In this document: positions 19,300 through 29,989 of the stretch, piece after piece
Layout of the letters: each line of letters opens with the position of its first letter
Numbering within the stretch: position 1 is the stretch's first letter
Source: Clostridia bacterium
GTDB lineage: Bacteria > Bacillota > Clostridia > TANB77 > CAG-508
DNA: 64,000 bases
Assembly: GCA_022797215.1 (NCBI GenBank)
Contig: JAAWKD010000002.1
Location: 13 to 64,012, forward strand
Direction: 5' to 3'
The notes under the pieces: model-generated
What the model was told of the DNA's origin: nothing
Database searches by the model: none
The model's input: only the letters and a program-made list of their open reading frames with translations
Translations under genes and position numbers: made by a program

Positions 19300-19881
19300 A
19301 TGAATCGGAAATTAAAACAGAAACTATTTATTCTCTTCGTCATCGTGAGTGCTATTACTTTGATAGTGGTTGCATGGAACGTTGCATGGTGGCAAGGCTT
19401 AGCAAAAGCCAATAACCAAATGCAGAGTGTTGAGGTCGAAGAAGCATTGGGCAAGCAACCGAAACAAGGCGAGAACAATGAGCAAGCAGATATGATAAAC
19501 AAAACTATTCAAGAGGTGGCTAAAGAACAGGAAAGATATGATGAATACACCTTTATAGGAAGTTTTCATGAGGGGCTGGCTCGTGCAAGTAAGGAAGTTG
19601 AAGGTAGCCTTTGGCGAAAATATGGATATATTGACACAGAAGGCAAAGAAGTAATTGCATTTAAATATGAGTGGGTAAATAACTTCAGCGATGGACTGGC
19701 ATCAGTTTCGGAAGATGGAGAAAAATATGGGTATATTGATCATCAAGGAAATTGGGTGATTGAGCCAATATTAGACTGTGCAAGGGACTTCGAACAAGGT
19801 GAAGCAAGGGTCCAGGTAGGCATCAATTGGTATATTATTGACAAAGAAGGAAACATCTTGGAAGAAGAAAGTAAATCATAA
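19300..19881 (+). CDS. WG-repeat (KWG) containing protein with N-terminal TM anchor
   Basis: Repeats KYGYIDTEGKEVIAFKYEWVNNFSDGLA / KYGYIDHQGNWVIEPILDCARDFEQGEA. GC content is visibly higher than in neighbouring genes. Confidence 0.7.
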   Translation: MNRKLKQKLFILFVIVSAITLIVVAWNVAWWQGLAKANNQMQSVEVEEALGKQPKQGENNEQADMINKTIQEVAKEQERYDEYTFIGSFHEGLARASKEVEGSLWRKYGYIDTEGKEVIAFKYEWVNNFSDGLASVSEDGEKYGYIDHQGNWVIEPILDCARDFEQGEARVQVGINWYIIDKEGNILEEESKS

Positions 19882-20018
19882 CTAAATTTCTATGAGAGTT
19901 TTTCTGTAATCAAAAAGGAAGAGGATGTGCAAAGATTTTTGCACATCCTTTTCCTTTTAGGTTATAAATCCAAAAAAGTAGACATATATTCTAATAAAAC
20001 GAAAAGAAGGAGAAAGTT

Positions 20019-20192
20019 ATGTTTATCGTATTTAATAAACAAAAAATATATTCTTATTTAGTAGCACTTAGCACAGTGGTTATTTTATTTGTTATCGCCT
20101 TTGCTGTTACTAATTCACCTAATAATGTGCTGCAAACTTCTACAAACTTACAAGAAGGAAATAATATTATTACGAATCAAATAAATAACTAA
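20019..20192 (+). CDS. 57-aa membrane-anchored small protein
   Basis: AGAAGGAGAAAG SD. MFIVFNKQKIYSYLVALSTVVILFVIAFAV... Below the ORF-track cutoff. Confidence 0.4.
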   Translation: MFIVFNKQKIYSYLVALSTVVILFVIAFAVTNSPNNVLQTSTNLQEGNNIITNQINN

Positions 20193-20256
20193 ATTTTTGT
20201 ATAGCTCCTAAAACATTGGGTATACTTATGCTTAGAATGAAAAGGAGTTTATAGAT

Positions 20257-20736
20257 ATGTCCTTAATAGGTATCTTAACAGAACCAAAAAATAAAGCATA
20301 TTTAAAAGAAGAAGTTAAAAAGAGACGATTAGGAGATGTATTTTTTCTAACAGAAAATACAATTCAAAATATGCATAATGTAAAGTTTGATATATTTCTA
20401 TTAGGAAAAAAAGTAACTAAAAATCAAGAATTAGTTCGTGAAATTGCAAAAAGAACCGACTATTTTATACTAAATAGTGATATAAAAGAAAATTTGCGAC
20501 TTTTAGAAAATTTAGATTTAAAAATTATTACTTATGGGTATAACCAAAAAGCAACAATAACGACTTCTAGTGTAGAGGAAAATAAAGTAATCCTATGTTT
20601 ACAAAGAGGAATTAAGAATGTTTATGAAGAAGGAATAGAGCCTCAGGAAATTAAATTAGAAGCAGAGAAAGCTACAAATAATATAGCTATGATAGAACTT
20701 GCAGGTTTACTTTTTTTATGTTCTAGTAAACATTAA
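20257..20736 (+). CDS. Hypothetical protein
   Basis: 159-aa ORF with AAAAGGAG SD. No motif recognised. Confidence 0.5.
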   Translation: MSLIGILTEPKNKAYLKEEVKKRRLGDVFFLTENTIQNMHNVKFDIFLLGKKVTKNQELVREIAKRTDYFILNSDIKENLRLLENLDLKIITYGYNQKATITTSSVEENKVILCLQRGIKNVYEEGIEPQEIKLEAEKATNNIAMIELAGLLFLCSSKH

Positions 20737-20893
20737 AATTAAAAATTGACATAAAAAATAGAAAAAATTAACATTTTATGTAGACAAAACCAAAAAAGTG
20801 TAGTATAATAGGTATTGTATTAGGGTTTACTAGTGCAAATTTTATATACTATGAATAAACTAAATAAGAAACAAAGGTAGGGAGGAAAACAAA

Positions 20894-21598
20894 TTGAATA
20901 CAAATTATGATGATAATAACCATTTAGTATTGGTTGGAAAGGTAACAAGTGACAAAAGATTTAGTCATGAAATTTATGGAGAGAAATTCTACATTTTTGA
21001 TTTAAGTGTACCTCGTTTAAGTGGAAATGCAGACAATATTCCAGTTACTATTTCAGAGAGATTATTAACAATTAAAGATATAGCAATTGGAAGCAAATTG
21101 GAAATTGATGGACAATTTAGATCATATAATAGTTATGATCAAGAAAAGAACAGATTAATTCTAACTGTTTTTGCAAAAGACATTAATTTCCTAGAGAATC
21201 AAGAAGATGAAGTAGAAGTAAGTAATGAAATTGTATCAAATGAAGTAACTTTAGATGGATATATTTGTAAAAAGCCAATCTATCGTAAAACTCCATTTGG
21301 AAGAGAAATTTCAGACATCTTATTAGCTGTTAATAGAGCATATAATAAATCTGACTATATTCCATGTATTGCATGGGGAAGAAATGCTAGATTCTGTGAA
21401 AACATTCCAGTTGGAACAGAAGTTAAGATCATCGGACGTGTTCAATCAAGAGAATATGAAAAGAAATATGAAGATGGTACAGTAGAAAAAAGAATTGCAT
21501 ATGAAGTATCTGTATCAAGTTTAGAAGTAGCAAACCAAGAAAGCAATGAAAACCAAGAAGAGAATACAGAAGTAGCTGAAAATCAAGAAGCTATTTAG
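20894..21598 (+). CDS. OB-fold single-stranded-DNA-binding-like protein (two OB units, acidic tail)
   Basis: TTG start behind GGGAGGAAAA. The second half (CIAWGRNARF...IIGRVQSREYEKKYEDGTVEKRIAYEVSVSSLEV) looks SSB/PriB-like. Acidic C-terminus. Confidence 0.5.
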   Translation: MNTNYDDNNHLVLVGKVTSDKRFSHEIYGEKFYIFDLSVPRLSGNADNIPVTISERLLTIKDIAIGSKLEIDGQFRSYNSYDQEKNRLILTVFAKDINFLENQEDEVEVSNEIVSNEVTLDGYICKKPIYRKTPFGREISDILLAVNRAYNKSDYIPCIAWGRNARFCENIPVGTEVKIIGRVQSREYEKKYEDGTVEKRIAYEVSVSSLEVANQESNENQEENTEVAENQEAI

Positions 21599-21676
21599 GA
21601 AAATAGAAAAATGAGCAATTCTAATTTTTAAGAAGTTAGAATTGCTTTTTAGTTGATACAATAAAATCGTGAAGAA

Positions 21677-21856
21677 TTAATTTTCTTCACGATTTGTTTT
21701 TTTAACTTCAGGTATCAAAATAGTTCTGTCTTCTTTTGGCTTGGGTTTTTCCACTTCTAAGTGTTCACGAACAGGGGAAATCTCTAAATCTCCATCTCCA
21801 GTTATCACTTCTATTTTTTTTGGGGTCTCTTCTTTTTTTTCTTCTTCTTCCTCCAT
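21677..21856 (-). CDS. 59-aa acidic small protein
   Basis: My own translation is MEEEEEKKEETPKKIEVITGDGDLEISPVREHLEVEKPKPKEDRTILIPEVKKTNREEN. GGAGGA lies 9 nt upstream. A terminator hairpin overlaps the stop. Preferred over the plus-strand ORF 21741..21944. Confidence 0.4.
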   Translation of the reverse strand: MEEEEEKKEETPKKIEVITGDGDLEISPVREHLEVEKPKPKEDRTILIPEVKKTNREEN

Positions 21857-21987
21857 TTTGAATTATCCTCCACTCTTTAAACTAAATTCATCTTATCACA
21901 AGCCAAAAACAATGTCAATGATTCTTGCAAATAGCTTGACATAAAGCAGTAAGCGTGGGATAATATGGTAGGAAGGAAATTAGAAAG

Positions 21988-22644
21988 ATGGAAATTAATA
22001 AGGCAAAAGGAATGATAGAAGCAATACTTTTTGCAGCAGGTAGAGAAGTAAAAATCAAAGAATTAATGCTTGCACTAGAAGCAAATTCAGAGGAAATTAT
22101 TAGTATTGTAGAGAGCATGAAAATAGAATATCAAGAAGAAAATAGAGGGCTTCAAATTATTAATGTAGGAGAAGCCTATCAATTATGCACGAAAAAAGAA
22201 TATTACGAAGTGATTTATAGTATATTTGATAAAAGAAATAAGCCCAATTTATCACAGGCAGCATTAGAAACATTAGCTATTATTGCATATAATCCACGTA
22301 TTACAAGAGCAGAAATAGAGTCAGTTCGTGGTGTTGGTTCTGATGCAACTATCTATAAATTATTAGAATATCATTTGATAGAAGAAACAGGAAAACTAGA
22401 TGCACCAGGAAAGCCAGGTACTTATGGAGTAACACCAGAGTTTTTTAGAATGTTTGGATTTAATAGTTTAGAGGAACTTCCAGAACTACCAAGATATAAA
22501 GTAGATGAGAATCAACAAATTGTAATTGATGATGTTATAGAAGAACAAGATAAAGCTAAAAAGGATAACGAAGAAGAAGCTCAAAATGAGGCTCCAATGC
22601 CCGAAAGGGAAGAAGAAGGAAATAGAGAAAATATTAATGACTAA
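21988..22644 (+). CDS. scpB: Segregation and condensation protein B
   Basis: IEAILFAAGREVKIKEL..., LSQAALETLAIIAYNPRITRAEIESVRGV... are the tandem winged-helix ScpB signature. Confidence 0.9.
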   Translation: MEINKAKGMIEAILFAAGREVKIKELMLALEANSEEIISIVESMKIEYQEENRGLQIINVGEAYQLCTKKEYYEVIYSIFDKRNKPNLSQAALETLAIIAYNPRITRAEIESVRGVGSDATIYKLLEYHLIEETGKLDAPGKPGTYGVTPEFFRMFGFNSLEELPELPRYKVDENQQIVIDDVIEEQDKAKKDNEEEAQNEAPMPEREEEGNRENIND

Positions 22645-22727
22645 ACTTCGGTGGGACATATCTTATCCCTAAAGGATAGACCCTAGGAAAAGATGTGTCC
22701 CCCTTAGAGAAAAAGGAGAGAGTAAAA

Positions 22728-24167
22728 ATGAGTAAAGAAAAAGAATTCGTAAAAGAAATTACAAATATTGAAGATGATTTTGCACAATGGTATACAGATA
22801 TTGTAAAAAAGGCTGATTTAGCAGATTATACAGATACAAAAGGGTGTGTAGCAATTAAGCCTTATGGATATGCTATTTGGGAAAATATTCAAAAATATGC
22901 AGATGATTTGTTTAAAAAATCAGGAGTAGAAAATGTATATTTACCATTACTAATCCCAGAAAGTTTATTACAAAAAGAGAAAGACCATGTAGAAGGATTT
23001 GCACCAGAAGTAGCTTGGGTAACACAAGGTGGAGGAGAAGAACTAGAAGAAAAGTTATGTATTCGTCCAACTTCTGAGACCATGTTTTCCAATTTATATT
23101 CTAAATGGTTAAGCTCATGGAGAGATTTACCAATGGTATATAACCAATGGTGTAGTGTATTAAGATGGGAAAAAGAAACAAGACCTTTCTTACGTTCTAG
23201 AGAATTTTTATGGCAAGAAGGTCATACAATACATGCAACAGAAGAAGAAGCAAGACAAAGAACCATTCAAATGTTAAATATTTATGAGCAAGTAATAGAG
23301 GAATTATTAGCTATTCCAGTAGTAAAAGGAGAAAAGACACCAAGTGAGAAATTTGCAGGAGCAGATAATACCTATACAGTAGAAACTATGATGCATGATG
23401 GAAAGGCATTACAATCTGGAACTTCCCATTATTTTGGTCAAAATTTCACAAAACCATTTGAAGTAAAATTCCAAAATAAAGAGGGAAAAGAAGAGTATGC
23501 TTATCAAACTTCTTGGGGAATAAGTACACGATTAATTGGTGGAGTTATTATGGCACATGGAGATAACAGAGGACTAAAACTACCACCAAGAGTGGCACCT
23601 ATTCAAGTAGTTATTGTACCAATTGCAGCACATAAAGAAGGTGTTACTGAAAAAGCACAAGAAGTATACCAAATGCTTGAGGAAAATTATAGGGTAAAAT
23701 TAGATTTAAGAGATAATTATTCTACAGGATATAAGTTCAATGATTGGGAAATGAGAGGGGTTCCAGTACGTATTGAAATGGGACCAAGAGATATTGAAAA
23801 TGGTATATGTGTTGCTGTTAGAAGAGATACACTAGAAAAACAAGAAATAAAATTAGAAGAATTATCTAGTGAATTAGGAATTCTTTTAGAAGATATTCAA
23901 GCAAATATGTTTGCAGAATGCAAAAAAAGATTAGAAGAAAAGACAACAGTTGCTACTAATATGGAAGAATTTGCTAAAAATATGGAAGAAAATCAAGGAT
24001 TTGTCAAAGCTATGTGGTGTGGAGAAGAAGCTTGCGAAGATAAAATCAGAGAGTTAACAGGTGCAAAATCAAGATGTATTCCATTTGAGCAAGAATATAT
24101 TTCAGATACTTGTGTATGTTGCGGTAAGAAGGCAGATAAAATGGTAGTATGGGGTAGACAATACTAG
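22728..24167 (+). CDS. proS: Proline--tRNA ligase, archaeal/eukaryote-like type without INS editing domain
   Basis: Start at the ATG behind AAAAGGAGAG. Class II motifs ([34 protein letters not shown]) and the C-terminal Zn-type domain ending WGRQY. About 479 aa, too short to hold the bacterial INS insertion. Confidence 0.93.
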   Translation: MSKEKEFVKEITNIEDDFAQWYTDIVKKADLADYTDTKGCVAIKPYGYAIWENIQKYADDLFKKSGVENVYLPLLIPESLLQKEKDHVEGFAPEVAWVTQGGGEELEEKLCIRPTSETMFSNLYSKWLSSWRDLPMVYNQWCSVLRWEKETRPFLRSREFLWQEGHTIHATEEEARQRTIQMLNIYEQVIEELLAIPVVKGEKTPSEKFAGADNTYTVETMMHDGKALQSGTSHYFGQNFTKPFEVKFQNKEGKEEYAYQTSWGISTRLIGGVIMAHGDNRGLKLPPRVAPIQVVIVPIAAHKEGVTEKAQEVYQMLEENYRVKLDLRDNYSTGYKFNDWEMRGVPVRIEMGPRDIENGICVAVRRDTLEKQEIKLEELSSELGILLEDIQANMFAECKKRLEEKTTVATNMEEFAKNMEENQGFVKAMWCGEEACEDKIRELTGAKSRCIPFEQEYISDTCVCCGKKADKMVVWGRQY

Positions 24168-24179
24168 GCTACAATAATA

Positions 24180-24220
24180 GCAGGTAGAACAATGAAGTTC
24201 TACCTGCTAGCTGTTTTTGT
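24180..24220. terminator. Bidirectional terminator
   Basis: GCAGGTAGAACaatgaaGTTCTACCTGC followed by a T-run. Lies between convergent proS and the 24222 gene. Confidence 0.7.
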
Positions 24221-24221
24221 A

Positions 24222-25238
24222 TTAGAGAAATCCTTTAACCTCAAGAATTATTTCTTCAAGATTACTACAATCAGTGAGTAGTTTGCTATTAACAATGCTT
24301 TGCACAACATATAAGATATCCAGATTTCTGGTTTCCAAGGCTGTTCTAGCCATAATAGCTTCTAAGCAATATTCTTTAGGGTGTAGCAAAGCACCATGAT
24401 GTCCAGAGTATGCAATTTCATTACTTACACGAAATACATTAGGCGCTTGAGCTAAAATGAAAAGTAACCTTTTCCAGTCATTCATGTTGCTAATCAAATG
24501 TGGATCCATATTACGGTTGTCCTGAAAATCACATTCTGATTCCTTACAGCAACGGCTATAACCGCCAGAACAGTGAATAATGAAAATTTGTGAAAGGTCT
24601 AAATCTGCTAAATAATCTTCAAAGGTATAGGACATACCATAGACTTTTTTAGACAGATAATCAGAAGCAATAGAACTGTGACAAATGTCTAAGACCAATC
24701 CGTCAAGACCACTTTCAAAACCATGTGATTTTAGTGTATGATTTAAGAAGGTTGGTGTAATTGTCCGTGGGTCAAAGTAAGTAGAAAATAAACCTTCGCC
24801 GTAAATATGGGGCTCACAATTGGTTTCCTCAAAGATTAACTTGCGAAGCTTAGAAAGGTTTTCTCTAAGTATATCATCGAAGTGTGCTTGAGAAATAAAA
24901 CCATTAGGCAATTTTGCTGTGGAAGCACCGATATGACTTGAATAATCAGATGCTCCAGGAAGGTTAAGGTATTCTGATAAATGCTCAAAACTTTGAATGT
25001 TGTCTGCAAAGTGTAAATCATGAAGCTGAGCTGTAATACCATTCCAACCATGATTATCAACTTGACAGCCAAGAGTTTTTACCAAAGCAATAAAAGAGTT
25101 ACTTACTTCAATGCTAACGCTAGTGCCGGGAAATTTAAGGCCGTCGAGAATACCAGTAGCTATCAAGGTTTGATATATGCTATATGCAATGTGCTGAATG
25201 TAGTTTTGGAAAACTTGTATTTTGCCTTTCTGTAACAT
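24222..25238 (-). CDS. Hypothetical protein, possibly a TIM-barrel (xylose-isomerase-like/DUF692-like) enzyme
   Basis: 338 aa from the ATG behind AAAGGAG. His/Asp/Glu-rich strand ends (HDLHF, LVLDICHSS, IIHCSGG) loosely recall metal-dependent TIM barrels. Higher GC than neighbours. The family assignment is weak. Confidence 0.4.
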   Translation of the reverse strand: MLQKGKIQVFQNYIQHIAYSIYQTLIATGILDGLKFPGTSVSIEVSNSFIALVKTLGCQVDNHGWNGITAQLHDLHFADNIQSFEHLSEYLNLPGASDYSSHIGASTAKLPNGFISQAHFDDILRENLSKLRKLIFEETNCEPHIYGEGLFSTYFDPRTITPTFLNHTLKSHGFESGLDGLVLDICHSSIASDYLSKKVYGMSYTFEDYLADLDLSQIFIIHCSGGYSRCCKESECDFQDNRNMDPHLISNMNDWKRLLFILAQAPNVFRVSNEIAYSGHHGALLHPKEYCLEAIMARTALETRNLDILYVVQSIVNSKLLTDCSNLEEIILEVKGFL

Positions 25239-25389
25239 AATCAATGTCACTCCTTTATATGTAATGTGAATATATCCAAAAACAACTAATAAAAAATTTA
25301 ACAAACTATATTATACCATAATTTAGGGGAAAAAAACAATAAGTGTTCTTAACACAACACTTATTACGATAAAACATATAAACTCTTAA

Positions 25390-25920
25390 TTATTTATTTA
25401 ACGAATTCAAAATTTCAGGGTAGATACGGTAAGCATTTTCTTTCCAGTTATCTACTATTTTTTTTGCTTCCTCACGAGAACCAGCAAAAACACTAACTTC
25501 AAAAATACAAGTGTTATTTTCATTAATCTTACAAGTTACAGTATAATCATTTTCACTTCTAGGAGTAAATTCAGCTACAATGGATTCTTCTTCAGCAGTA
25601 GAGGTGAGTTCGCTCTGAAAGCTAGTATCTACTTTTAGTTTCATAATACCAGGTAACATATCAAGTGTTAATTCTAAAGCCTCTTGACCTTTTTCTGTAA
25701 TAGAATAGGTATGTTTTCCATCTATATCAAATCGAGCAATATATTGATTTTCTAATAAATCCAATAAAAACTGTTGAAAATAGAAATAATTCATATCCAT
25801 GACAGATAGAACTAACCTGAGTAGTCCATCATTGGTAATGGGATTTTCTAATTTATTTAAAATATATAAAATTAATACTTTGTTTTCTGCTAAAACTTCT
25901 CCGTCTTGTGTTAATTTCAC
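25390..25920 (-). CDS. Winged-helix (PadR/DUF4364-like) protein
   Basis: GTG start behind AAAGGAGTG. The N-terminal ENKVLILYILNKLENPITNDGLLRLVL...ITEKGQEAL resembles PadR-like wHTH proteins. Confidence 0.5.
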   Translation of the reverse strand: MKLTQDGEVLAENKVLILYILNKLENPITNDGLLRLVLSVMDMNYFYFQQFLLDLLENQYIARFDIDGKHTYSITEKGQEALELTLDMLPGIMKLKVDTSFQSELTSTAEEESIVAEFTPRSENDYTVTCKINENNTCIFEVSVFAGSREEAKKIVDNWKENAYRIYPEILNSLNK

Positions 25921-25976
25921 TTTTTTTCACTCCTTTAAGGGTTTTTACAAGGAATACAATTGCCTTGTGGCAATTG

Positions 25977-26075
25977 CATAAGCTATCTGTAGCTCACTTC
26001 ACTTCGTTACGCATAAGTTATCTGTAAAGTCACTTCGTTCCTAACAGCTAACTTAACTTTCGTTTCGCACAGCTA
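25977..26075 (-). repeat. Inverted copies (about 1.5 units) of the 58-bp repeat family
   Basis: Reverse complement reads AAGTTAGCTGTTAGGAACGAAGTGACTTTACAGATAACTTATGCGTAAC..., matching the 14790 units. Confidence 0.7.
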
Positions 26076-26170
26076 CCTTAATTATAACACAAAGTATTTT
26101 AAAATACTATTCTTTTTGAAAGAAAAATGGTATACTAAGAATGAGAAGAAAAAATAAAGGAAAGAAAAAG

Positions 26171-26839
26171 ATGAAAACACTATATGAAATACTAGAAGTG
26201 AGTGAAAATGCTTCAAAAGAAATTGTTGAGAAAGCATATAAAGTACTAGCTAAAAAATATCATCCTGATTTGCAAGCTGAAGGAGATAAGCAAGAAGCGG
26301 AAAAGAAAATGAAGCAAATTAATGAGGCATATGAAGTATTGAGTGATGAAGAAAAAAGGAAAGAATATGATTTAAAGCTAACACAAGAAAGAAGCAAAGA
26401 AGAAGTACAAAAACAATCACAGACAGAGTATTATCAAAATCAATATACACAGCCTTACCAAACACAGCCAATGTCAGAGAAGGAGTATAGAGAGGCTTTA
26501 AAAAGACAGTATCAGGAAAGAAGAGAAGAACAAGAAAGACAAAGGCAAATGCAAGAACAATATGAGCAAAGATACCAGCAAGCGTATGAAGGATATTTAA
26601 GAAGTTTAGGGTATAAAATCAAGTATAAGTGGACATGGAAAAGATTCAGAGATTTGATGATTACCATTTTTATTATTATTGTCATTTGCGCTATTTTATG
26701 GTTTTTTCCGCCAACCAATAAATTAATCATGGATTTTTACAATTCCAATTCTATTATTCAGGCAGTAATAGATACTATAGGTAATGTATTTAAGGGGATT
26801 TGGAATGGTATTTGTGCAGTATTTCAAAAAAATAAATAA
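26171..26839 (+). CDS. J-domain protein with C-terminal membrane anchor
   Basis: [30 protein letters not shown] (HPD motif), a Q/E-rich linker and a C-terminal TM helix. Start at the ATG behind AAAGGAAAG. Confidence 0.8.
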   Translation: MKTLYEILEVSENASKEIVEKAYKVLAKKYHPDLQAEGDKQEAEKKMKQINEAYEVLSDEEKRKEYDLKLTQERSKEEVQKQSQTEYYQNQYTQPYQTQPMSEKEYREALKRQYQERREEQERQRQMQEQYEQRYQQAYEGYLRSLGYKIKYKWTWKRFRDLMITIFIIIVICAILWFFPPTNKLIMDFYNSNSIIQAVIDTIGNVFKGIWNGICAVFQKNK

Positions 26840-26904
26840 CCTCTATACAAAATACATAAAATATGATAATATGGACAAAACTATGAAAGAAAGGAAGAAA
26901 AATT

Positions 26905-27462
26905 ATGAAAAAAGTTATCATTGGAGTAGTAGCAATTGCTATCATTGCATTAGTTGTTGTTGGAATTGTAATGGTAAGTGGAAAAAATAAGGAGAATGGA
27001 GGAGAAACCACTAATGCAAAAATGCAAACAACACAAGAAATGCAAGACACATTAAACAGCATTTATACAAAATTAGGGGACAAGCTTCCATCTATTGAAA
27101 CAAGAGAACTTGATGTGACAGATGAACTAGCAGTAAAAGCAGCAACAGGTTTACAATCAACACAAAATGTAGAAGCACTTGTGCTATCAGAGCCTATGAT
27201 GAGCTCACAAGCATATTCAGCAGTATTTGTAAAAACTGCTAAAGGTGCAGATGTTGAGAAAATGAAACAAGAAATGCTTGATAATATTGACACAAGAAAA
27301 TGGATTTGTGTAACAGCAGAAAAAGTATATGTTACAAACCATGAAAACGTTATCTTTTTAGTAATGGCAAGTGAAGAATGGGCAAAACCTGTATATGATG
27401 AATTCAAAAGTGCAGTAGACGGAAAAGTAGGAAAAGAACTACAAAAAACAGAAGAAATTTAG
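26905..27462 (+). CDS. Membrane-anchored protein (DUF4358-like) of the O-acyltransferase cluster
   Basis: N-terminal TM helix. It sits upstream of the MBOAT and DHHW genes, an arrangement I recall for DUF4358 proteins. Confidence 0.5.
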   Translation: MKKVIIGVVAIAIIALVVVGIVMVSGKNKENGGETTNAKMQTTQEMQDTLNSIYTKLGDKLPSIETRELDVTDELAVKAATGLQSTQNVEALVLSEPMMSSQAYSAVFVKTAKGADVEKMKQEMLDNIDTRKWICVTAEKVYVTNHENVIFLVMASEEWAKPVYDEFKSAVDGKVGKELQKTEEI

Positions 27463-27471
27463 GAGGAAATT

Positions 27472-28870
27472 GTGCTTTTTTCAAGTATTAGCTTTTTATA
27501 TTATTTTTTACCGTGTGTATTAATTCTATATTTAGCAGTACCAACAAAATACAAAAATACAATATTACTAATAAGCTCCCTATTGTTTTACTTCTATGGG
27601 GAGCCTATTTATATATTAGTAATGATTGGATCAATATTATCTGCTTATATACACCGGAATTTTGATGGAAAAATATCCAAAACAGAAAAAGATATTTTTA
27701 ACTACATCTGTTATCATTAGCTTAGGTGCTCTTATTGTATTTAAATATTCAGACTTTATGATTGCTAATTTTAATGGAGTGTTTGGTACAAAAATAGCAT
27801 TATTAAATTTAGCACTGCCAATTGGAATTTCTTTTTATACTTTTCAAGTATTAAGCTATATTATAGATATCTATAACGGAAAAGTGGCTGCACAAAGGAG
27901 TTTGATTAAACTAGCAACCTATGTGTCATTATTCCCACAATTAATAGCAGGTCCAATTGTACGATATACAGATGTAGAAAAAGAACTTACTAAAAGAGAA
28001 CATACTTTTGAAAAGTTTTCTTTGGGAATTAGAAGATTTATAGTAGGACTTTCTAAAAAAGTACTAATTGCTAATAGTTTAGGCGAACTATGCCAAATCT
28101 TTTTAGCAACAGATGAGAAGAGTATAGTATTTTATTGGATTTATGGAATTGCCTTTAGTCTTCAAATTTACTTTGACTTTTCTGCTTATTCCGATATGGC
28201 AATAGGGCTAGGGAAGATGCTGGGCTTCGACTTCTTGGAGAATTTTAATTATCCATATATATCTAAAAGTATTACAGAATTTTGGAGAAGATGGCATATT
28301 TCACTTAGCCAATGGTTTAGAGATTATGTGTATATTCCACTTGGTGGAAATCGAGTAGGAAAAGTAAAACTCATTCGCAATATTTTTGTTGTATGGATGC
28401 TAACAGGCTTATGGCATGGGGCTAATTGGACATTTATTATATGGGGCTTATTATTTGGAGTTTTATTAATTATTGAAAAGACATTTTTATTAAAGATATT
28501 AGAAAAGGTACCAAAGATATTTCAACATATTTATGTACTATTTATTGTCATGATAAGCTTTATTATTTTTAATGGTAATGATATAGGACAAGCATTGGCA
28601 CAAATAGGAGGACTATTTGGAGCAAATGGAGAAGCTGTGATGAATTCCTATACTTTGTATTATTTAAAAAGTTATTTTGTAATTCTTGTACTTGGATTAA
28701 TTGGTGCAACACCATTTTTGAAAAACAAGATTAGTCAATTAAAAGAGAAAGCAAAAATAAGGAAGGTAATAAACTTTTTAGAGCCAATTGTATTAATTTG
28801 CTTATTAATATTTGTGACAGCTTACTTAGTAGATAATTCCTATAACCCATTTTTGTATTTTAGATTTTAA
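27472..28870 (+). pseudogene. MBOAT family O-acyltransferase (AlgI/DltB-like), +1 frameshift around codon 61
   Basis: GTG start behind TAGGAGGAAA. MLFSSISFLYYFLPCVLILYL... stops at 27718-27720. The +1 frame continues GILMEKYP...FWRRWHISLSQWFRDYVYIPLGGNR...LTGLWHG (MBOAT catalytic His region). Confidence 0.8.
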
Positions 28871-28880
28871 GGAGAAAGTT

Positions 28881-29975
28881 ATGTCAGATAAAACAAAAAA
28901 TGTAGTAGTAACATTTACATTTTTATTAGTGCTAGTATTATTTTTTGTCATCAACTTATGTACCAAAGACATAGAAATATCTTATGCAGAAAGAAGAAAA
29001 CTTGCACAGTTTCCCAAGATAACAGTAAAGAAGTTATTAGATGGCAGTTTAGGACAAGATTTTGATAAATACAGTACAGACCAAATGATAAAAAGGGAAG
29101 ACTTTAGAAAGTTAAAAGCAGCATTAGAATTAGATGTGTTTAGGAAGAAAGATAATCATAATATTTATCTATATCAAGATAGTTTGGTTAAAATAGAATA
29201 TCCATTAAATGAAGTATCTATATCTAATGCAACTAATAAAATAAATGCTATTCAAAATGACTATTTACAAGGGATGAAATGCTACTATACAATTGTTCCA
29301 GATAAGAATTACTTTGTTAGCAGAGAAGAATATATTGGTATGGACTATGAAAAAATGGAAGCAATGATGACACAAAACTTAAAAGGAATGGAATATATCC
29401 CTATTTTTGATTGTGTACAATTAAAGGACTATTATGTAACAGATATTCATTGGAAGCAAGAAAATTTACAAAAGGTAGTAGATAGAATTAGTACAAAAAT
29501 GAATTTTAAAAACAGAATGCATACTAATTATACAAAACAAGATGTAATTGAATTTGATGGTGTGTATGCAGGGCAGTTAGCAGTTAAAACAGCAAAGGAT
29601 AAGATTTGTGTTAGCACAAATGAAATCCTAGAAGATGCAACCGTATATAACTATGAAAATAAGAAAGAAACTAAAATATATGATAAAGAAAAACTAACTA
29701 GCAATGACAAGTATGATATTTATCTATCAGGACCTACACCACTAATTACTATAACCAATCCAAAAGGAGAGGAAGGAAAAGAGCTAGTAGTATTTAGAGA
29801 TTCTTTTGCCAGTAGCCTAGTTCCTTTATTTACAGAGGCTTATTCTAAAATAACATTAGTAGATATTAGATATATGAGAAGTAAAGATATTGGAAATTAT
29901 ATAGAATTTCAAGACCAAGATATATTGTTTATTTATAGCACAACAGTTTTAAATAATAGTAGTACGTTCAAATAA
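28881..29975 (+). CDS. DHHW-family protein (SGNH-like partner of MBOAT)
   Basis: N-terminal TM helix. The YYVTDIHWKQENL motif corresponds to the DHHW box. RDSFAS near the C-terminus. Immediately follows the MBOAT gene. Confidence 0.65.
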   Translation: MSDKTKNVVVTFTFLLVLVLFFVINLCTKDIEISYAERRKLAQFPKITVKKLLDGSLGQDFDKYSTDQMIKREDFRKLKAALELDVFRKKDNHNIYLYQDSLVKIEYPLNEVSISNATNKINAIQNDYLQGMKCYYTIVPDKNYFVSREEYIGMDYEKMEAMMTQNLKGMEYIPIFDCVQLKDYYVTDIHWKQENLQKVVDRISTKMNFKNRMHTNYTKQDVIEFDGVYAGQLAVKTAKDKICVSTNEILEDATVYNYENKKETKIYDKEKLTSNDKYDIYLSGPTPLITITNPKGEEGKELVVFRDSFASSLVPLFTEAYSKITLVDIRYMRSKDIGNYIEFQDQDILFIYSTTVLNNSSTFK

Positions 29976-29989
29976 AAGGAGGAAGCAAT

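Noticed and set aside
21741-21944. 67-aa plus-strand ORF
   Set aside because: It has a non-ATG start, no SD and a Ser/Phe-rich low-complexity sequence. The opposite strand has a 59-aa ORF with a GGAGGA SD and a terminator.
22645-22727. T-box leader upstream of proS
   Set aside because: The spacer is only 83 nt and contains a single hairpin (GGGACATATCTT...AAGATGTGTCCC). There is no specifier loop, AGAGA box or T-box sequence.
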